From: Rhodothermales bacterium
GTDB taxonomy: Bacteria > Bacteroidota > Rhodothermia > Rhodothermales > VXPQ01
Length of the DNA stretch: 22,034 nucleotides
Direction: 5' to 3'
NCBI GenBank assembly: GCA_040904565.1
Contig: JBBDTI010000073.1
Coordinates: forward strand, 1 to 22,034
Part shown: positions 17,895 through 22,034 of the stretch, piece after piece
Layout: every line of letters begins with the position of its first letter
How positions within the stretch are numbered: position 1 is the first letter of the stretch
The notes under the pieces: generated by a model
Seen by the model: only the letters and a program-made list of their open reading frames with translations
Databases searched by the model: none
Told to the model about the DNA's origin: nothing
Position numbers and translations under genes: made by a program

Positions 17895-19187
17895 TCATGT
17901 TTCGTGAATCTCTTCGAGGGCTTCTCGCTGCACCTGCAGCGTACGGTCCACTTCCTCCTTCCCGTGCTCCGTCGAAAAGAAGAAGGCCTCGAACTGCGAC
18001 GGTGCAAGATAGACACCGCGCCGGAGCATCGCGTGAAAATACCGACCGTAGCGTTCCGTGTCGCTCGTGCGCGCCGACTCGTAGTCCGTCACGCGCTCCG
18101 ACGTAAAGAACAGCGACCCCATCGAGCCGACGCGCGTCGTGTAATAGTCAAGCCCGAGCTCTTCCAGCGTACGCTTCGTCCCTTCCTCGAGCAGCCGGCC
18201 CGTCTCTTCAAGCCGTTCGAAAAGGCCTGACTCCTCCTGAAGACGCTTCAATACTGCGTTACCGGCAGCCATAGCCAGGGGATTGCCGGAGAGCGTACCG
18301 GCCTGATACACGGGACCGGTCGGAGACAGATGGTCCATGATCTCCTTTCGCCCACCGTAGGCGCCCACGGGAAGGCCTCCCCCGATGACTTTCCCCAGCG
18401 TCGTAAGGTCGGGAAACACGCCGTATCGCTCCTGCGCACCGCCCCGCGCGACGCGAAATCCCGTCATCACTTCATCGAAGATAAGGAGCACGCCCCGCGC
18501 GTCGCACAGCTCTCGTAGTCCGTCCAGGAACCCCGGCTCCGGCGGTACACATCCCATGTTGCCGGCCACCGGCTCGATCACGATGCACGCGACTTCACCT
18601 TCGTTCGCATCGAGGAGCCGCGTCACGTCATCCAGGTCGTTGTAGCGTGCAATCAGCGTATCGCTCGCCGTCGCGGCCGTAACGCCCGGTGAATCAGGCC
18701 GGCCAAACGTCGTCGCACCGCTACCCGCCGCGATCAGGAAAAAATCCGCGTGACCGTGATAGTTGCCTTCGAACTTGATGATCTTGTCTCTTCCCGTAAA
18801 TCCGCGGGCGAGACGTACGGCGCTCATCGTAGCCTCCGTGCCGGAGTTCACCATGCGTACCGATTCGACGGACGGTACGAGATTACAGATCCGTTCGGCT
18901 ACCTCGACCTCTACCCGTGTCGGCGCGCCGAACGACGTAGAATCCTCCGAAGCCGCGCAAACGGCCTCCACGACGGACGGCTCGGCGTGCCCGAAAAGCA
19001 TCGGTCCCCACGATCCGACATAATCGACGTAGCGGTTGCCGTCCTCGTCCTCCACGTACGCTCCTTCAGCCCGGCGGATGAATACCGGAGTACCTCCGAC
19101 GCTCTGAAACGCCCGAACCGGCGAATTGACGCCACCCGGTATGACCTTACGGGCACGCTCGTAGAGCTCGCTACTGATAGTCAGCAT
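17895..19187 (-). CDS. hemL: Glutamate-1-semialdehyde 2,1-aminomutase
   Basis: [49 protein letters not shown] lysine in [31 protein letters not shown]. Confidence 0.97.
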   Translation of the reverse strand: MLTISSELYERARKVIPGGVNSPVRAFQSVGGTPVFIRRAEGAYVEDEDGNRYVDYVGSWGPMLFGHAEPSVVEAVCAASEDSTSFGAPTRVEVEVAERICNLVPSVESVRMVNSGTEATMSAVRLARGFTGRDKIIKFEGNYHGHADFFLIAAGSGATTFGRPDSPGVTAATASDTLIARYNDLDDVTRLLDANEGEVACIVIEPVAGNMGCVPPEPGFLDGLRELCDARGVLLIFDEVMTGFRVARGGAQERYGVFPDLTTLGKVIGGGLPVGAYGGRKEIMDHLSPTGPVYQAGTLSGNPLAMAAGNAVLKRLQEESGLFERLEETGRLLEEGTKRTLEELGLDYYTTRVGSMGSLFFTSERVTDYESARTSDTERYGRYFHAMLRRGVYLAPSQFEAFFFSTEHGKEEVDRTLQVQREALEEIHET

Positions 19188-19233
19188 GTCGCAGATATAT
19201 TCAGTTCCAATTAGACGGCGTGTCGCAACATCC

Positions 19234-19827
19234 TCATACCGGGGTCTGTTCGTCCACCTTCCGATAGATCGCCCGCACGACGCGCCCGTCGTTGCGCGCC
19301 GCGATCGACGGTCGTTCGGATACCGTGAATCCCGCCCTCACGAGCACGTCGTCGAGCGTCCGGGGCATGAACGTCGGCGCCATGCCGCTATCCCCTGCGT
19401 ACCCCCGATCTGCTGCACCGAGCCCCGCTTCGGCATCCGGCACGGCCGGAACGGCTACGTAGATCCATCCGCCGGATTTCATGACGCGTCGCACCTCGTC
19501 CAGCATCTCCAGCATGTCACGGTCACTTTCCACGCGAGCGAGCGTATCGAACGCCACGACCCAGTCGAAATAATCGTCAGGATATCCCAGCGCGTCAAGA
19601 CGTGATTCGCTGCATCGTTTCTTCGCTTCGGCCGCACCCACGATGTCGGCGAGCAGCGATCGAACCGCTTCGACTGCCTTCGGACTCCGATCACAGGCAT
19701 ACACGTCGAACCCCAGTCGCATCAGGGGCTCCGTATGTACTCCTCGGCCGCAGCCGAGATCGAGCACGCGACTCGACGGCGGAACGGCACCGAACGTGCG
19801 AAGAAGATGGTCGGAGGACTCATCCAT
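19234..19827 (-). CDS. Class I SAM-dependent methyltransferase, substrate unknown
   Basis: Motif [10 protein letters not shown], acidic [29 protein letters not shown]. Confidence 0.85.
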   Translation of the reverse strand: MDESSDHLLRTFGAVPPSSRVLDLGCGRGVHTEPLMRLGFDVYACDRSPKAVEAVRSLLADIVGAAEAKKRCSESRLDALGYPDDYFDWVVAFDTLARVESDRDMLEMLDEVRRVMKSGGWIYVAVPAVPDAEAGLGAADRGYAGDSGMAPTFMPRTLDDVLVRAGFTVSERPSIAARNDGRVVRAIYRKVDEQTPV

Positions 19828-19911
19828 ACATGCTACGAGACTGGACGTGAATCACGCGTCGCGGTCCCGCCCGTCGCCTCCCGCAATGATTCCGCCTCCA
19901 ACTTCGTCCTG

Positions 19912-21210
19912 TCAACGAGATGCCTGCGTTCGGTTGGGCGACGTCTCAGGCGTACCTGACGGAAGATCCCACCGGCGGGCCTCCGTGACGCGCTCGCACT
20001 GGTGGCATCTAACGCACCGTTCGGACCCACGGAACCGGGGAAGATCGTCCAGCGGCCGAAGCGGATAGGCCTCACCCGAGGCCACGCCGTCTCCCGAGGC
20101 GCTCATCGTACCGACCCCTTCCGGCAGTATGAGCTGCGAAACGGCTGCCTCCGCCAGGGCCTCGATGAAAAGCGGATGGCAGTTCAGTCCGGATGAAACC
20201 TCGAAATGGTCGATCCCTCCTTCCTCGGCTACCTCACGCAGCTCCACGTCGAGCTCGTAGGCCGTTTCAATGTGATCGGTCACAAAAGCAATGGGAACGA
20301 CGACGAGCGCCTTCACACCCTCGGCCGCCAGCGCGTGCACCTTGTCGACCGTGCTCGGCGTGAGCCATTCCATCGGCCCCACCTTACTCTGAAACGAGAC
20401 ATGGAACGGATGATCGTTGTCGCGCTGCGCCATCACGCGGTCGACCGTAGAATGGATAAGGCAGCAGTACGGATCGTGGCGTTCCTTCATCTCCTTCAAC
20501 GGCGTGCCATGCGCGCTGAACAGAAGCTCGGCTTCGCCGCGCACCCCCTTGGGAAATCGCTGCAGCGCTTCGTCGATCCGCTCCGAAACGGCCTGGATGT
20601 ATTTGGGGTTCGCCGCGTACTCAGATACGTACGTCGTTTCCCATTTCGGAATTTCGCCGGCCTCCTGCAGGGCGTGCCAGTAGACCAATCCCGACCCCGT
20701 CGTGGTCTTCGAATACTGCGGAAAGAGAGGAAGCAGCAAGACCTTGTCGACGCCGTCCGCCTCCATCTTACGCGCTGCCTCCTCGCTGAGAGGATGCCAG
20801 TAACGCATCGCCAGATACGTTTTGAACTCGACGCCTACCTGATCCCCGTATTCCCGCACGAGCCGTACTTCGAGACTTCGGGCCTGCTCGCGGGTCAATC
20901 GATTGATCGGCGAACCTCCGCCGATGACCTCGTAGTCCTGACCGACGGTTTCTGACCGTCGAGAAGCAATGAACCGGCACAGCCAGTGCCGCAGGATGCC
21001 GCCGACGGGAATGTCGATGATGGCGGGATCCATGAACAGGTTGTAGAGGAACGGCTCGACGTCTTCACGCCGGGAAGGCCCACCCAGGTTCATCAGCACG
21101 ATGCCCACCGTGTCGCCCCGCTCTATCTTTAGGGGCTCGGAGGGGAAGAATTCACCGGTGACAAGCCTGTCATCGTACGAATACCTCTTCAGAAATTCAC
21201 GAGGCGTCAT
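19912..21210 (-). CDS. hemH: Ferrochelatase with N- and C-terminal extensions
   Basis: LMNLGGP, FLYNLFMDP, GGGSPI, AMRYWHP, LPLFPQYSKTTTGS, LFSAHG, FQSKVGP..WL.P, PIAFVTDHIETAYELD. Confidence 0.95.
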   Translation of the reverse strand: MTPREFLKRYSYDDRLVTGEFFPSEPLKIERGDTVGIVLMNLGGPSRREDVEPFLYNLFMDPAIIDIPVGGILRHWLCRFIASRRSETVGQDYEVIGGGSPINRLTREQARSLEVRLVREYGDQVGVEFKTYLAMRYWHPLSEEAARKMEADGVDKVLLLPLFPQYSKTTTGSGLVYWHALQEAGEIPKWETTYVSEYAANPKYIQAVSERIDEALQRFPKGVRGEAELLFSAHGTPLKEMKERHDPYCCLIHSTVDRVMAQRDNDHPFHVSFQSKVGPMEWLTPSTVDKVHALAAEGVKALVVVPIAFVTDHIETAYELDVELREVAEEGGIDHFEVSSGLNCHPLFIEALAEAAVSQLILPEGVGTMSASGDGVASGEAYPLRPLDDLPRFRGSERCVRCHQCERVTEARRWDLPSGTPETSPNRTQASR

Positions 21211-21362
21211 ATGGGCGCGGCCGGCTAAATGAATGTCGGCGGATACACCTAGTTCTTTCTATAAATCTAGTCTCGCAGTTCCTGGTCGACGTTGAACTTT
21301 CTACTAACTCCATTTCCGCTGCGCTCTCTGGACGTAAGCGCTTTTACGCATTCTCTCGGCAC

Positions 21363-22034
21363 TCATCCCGGGGCGTCGTCAGGTGCCGCCGCGAGCCAAT
21401 CGCGCGGTTCGAAATACCACAAAGCACGCTCTTCGGGGGAGTTCGAATCGGCGTGCCAGTCATAGTGCCAGTGTGCCGCCGGCGGCAGGCTCATGAGGAT
21501 GCTTTCGGTCCGCCCCTGCGTCTCGATACCGAACTTGGTTCCCCGATCGTACAACAGATTGAACTCTACGTAGCGACCTCGCCGTACAGCCTGATACGCC
21601 CGCTCACGCTCCCCGTACGGTTCGTCGCACCGGCGTTTCACGATCGGAACGTAGGCATCCATAAAGGACGCACCGGCCTCTTTCACGAATGCAAACGTCG
21701 CTTCGGGCGTATCCCGCATGTAGTCGAAAAAAATCCCGCCGATGCCCCGGGCTTCCTCTCGGTGCGGGAGATAGAAGTACTCGTCGCACTGTCGTTTGAA
21801 GTGCTCATAGTCGGCCACCTTGTGCGCGTCGCATACGTCCTTCCACACGCGATGGAAATGCCGTGCATCTTCCAGCACGGGATAATAAGGCGTCAGGTCT
21901 GCACCGCCGCCGAACCACTGATCGATGGGGTCGGCAAGGTCTTCGCCGAGCCCGAAATAGCGAAAGTTCGCGTGAACCGTAGGAACGTGCGGATTTCTGG
22001 GATGGATGACGAGGGACAGCCCCGTGGCGAAGAA
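21363..22034 (-). CDS. hemF: Oxygen-dependent coproporphyrinogen III oxidase (5' end outside window)
   Basis: Frame is open to the window edge: FFATGLSLVIHPRNPHVPTVHANFRYF, WFGGGADLTPYY, CDEYFYLPHR.EARGIGGIFFD, RRGRYVEFNLLYDRGTKFG, ESILMSLP. Confidence 0.96.
   Translation of the reverse strand, partial: FFATGLSLVIHPRNPHVPTVHANFRYFGLGEDLADPIDQWFGGGADLTPYYPVLEDARHFHRVWKDVCDAHKVADYEHFKRQCDEYFYLPHREEARGIGGIFFDYMRDTPEATFAFVKEAGASFMDAYVPIVKRRCDEPYGERERAYQAVRRGRYVEFNLLYDRGTKFGIETQGRTESILMSLPPAAHWHYDWHADSNSPEERALWYFEPRDWLAAAPDDAPG

Noticed and set aside
20002-20016. CxxCH as a c-type cytochrome haem attachment site in HemH
   Set aside because: No export signal; bacterial haem c attachment occurs outside the cytoplasm, so a metal or Fe-S site is more plausible.
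21363-21878. 171-aa ORF-track call as a truncated hemF pseudogene
   Set aside because: The frame is open and motif-conserved to position 22034; the gene is simply cut by the window edge.

Overview
GC-rich bacterial chromosomal window of densely packed core/housekeeping genes; the long NagB-PIG-L fusion and the TamB C-terminus suggest an FCB-group lineage, possibly Rhodothermota (inference only). In order: degP/htrA-type protease (+) with an intrinsic terminator; a minus-strand run read right to left (lipoprotein, NRDE/TANGO2 protein, alpha/beta-hydrolase-OsmC fusion, PIG3-type quinone oxidoreductase, SDR); a ~480-bp divergent intergenic region with repeats and hairpins; aroB, tamB, rnr and an SDR (+); then a minus-strand cluster of hemF (partial), hemH, a SAM methyltransferase, hemL and nagB-PIG-L. 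I see no mobile element, CRISPR array, rRNA, tRNA or defence system, and I cannot support a claim of a wholly new system. The best leads are the ferrochelatase C-terminal extension with a CxxCHxC motif, the uncharacterised methyltransferase inside the haem cluster, and the structured, repeat-containing intergenic region at 6382-6860.
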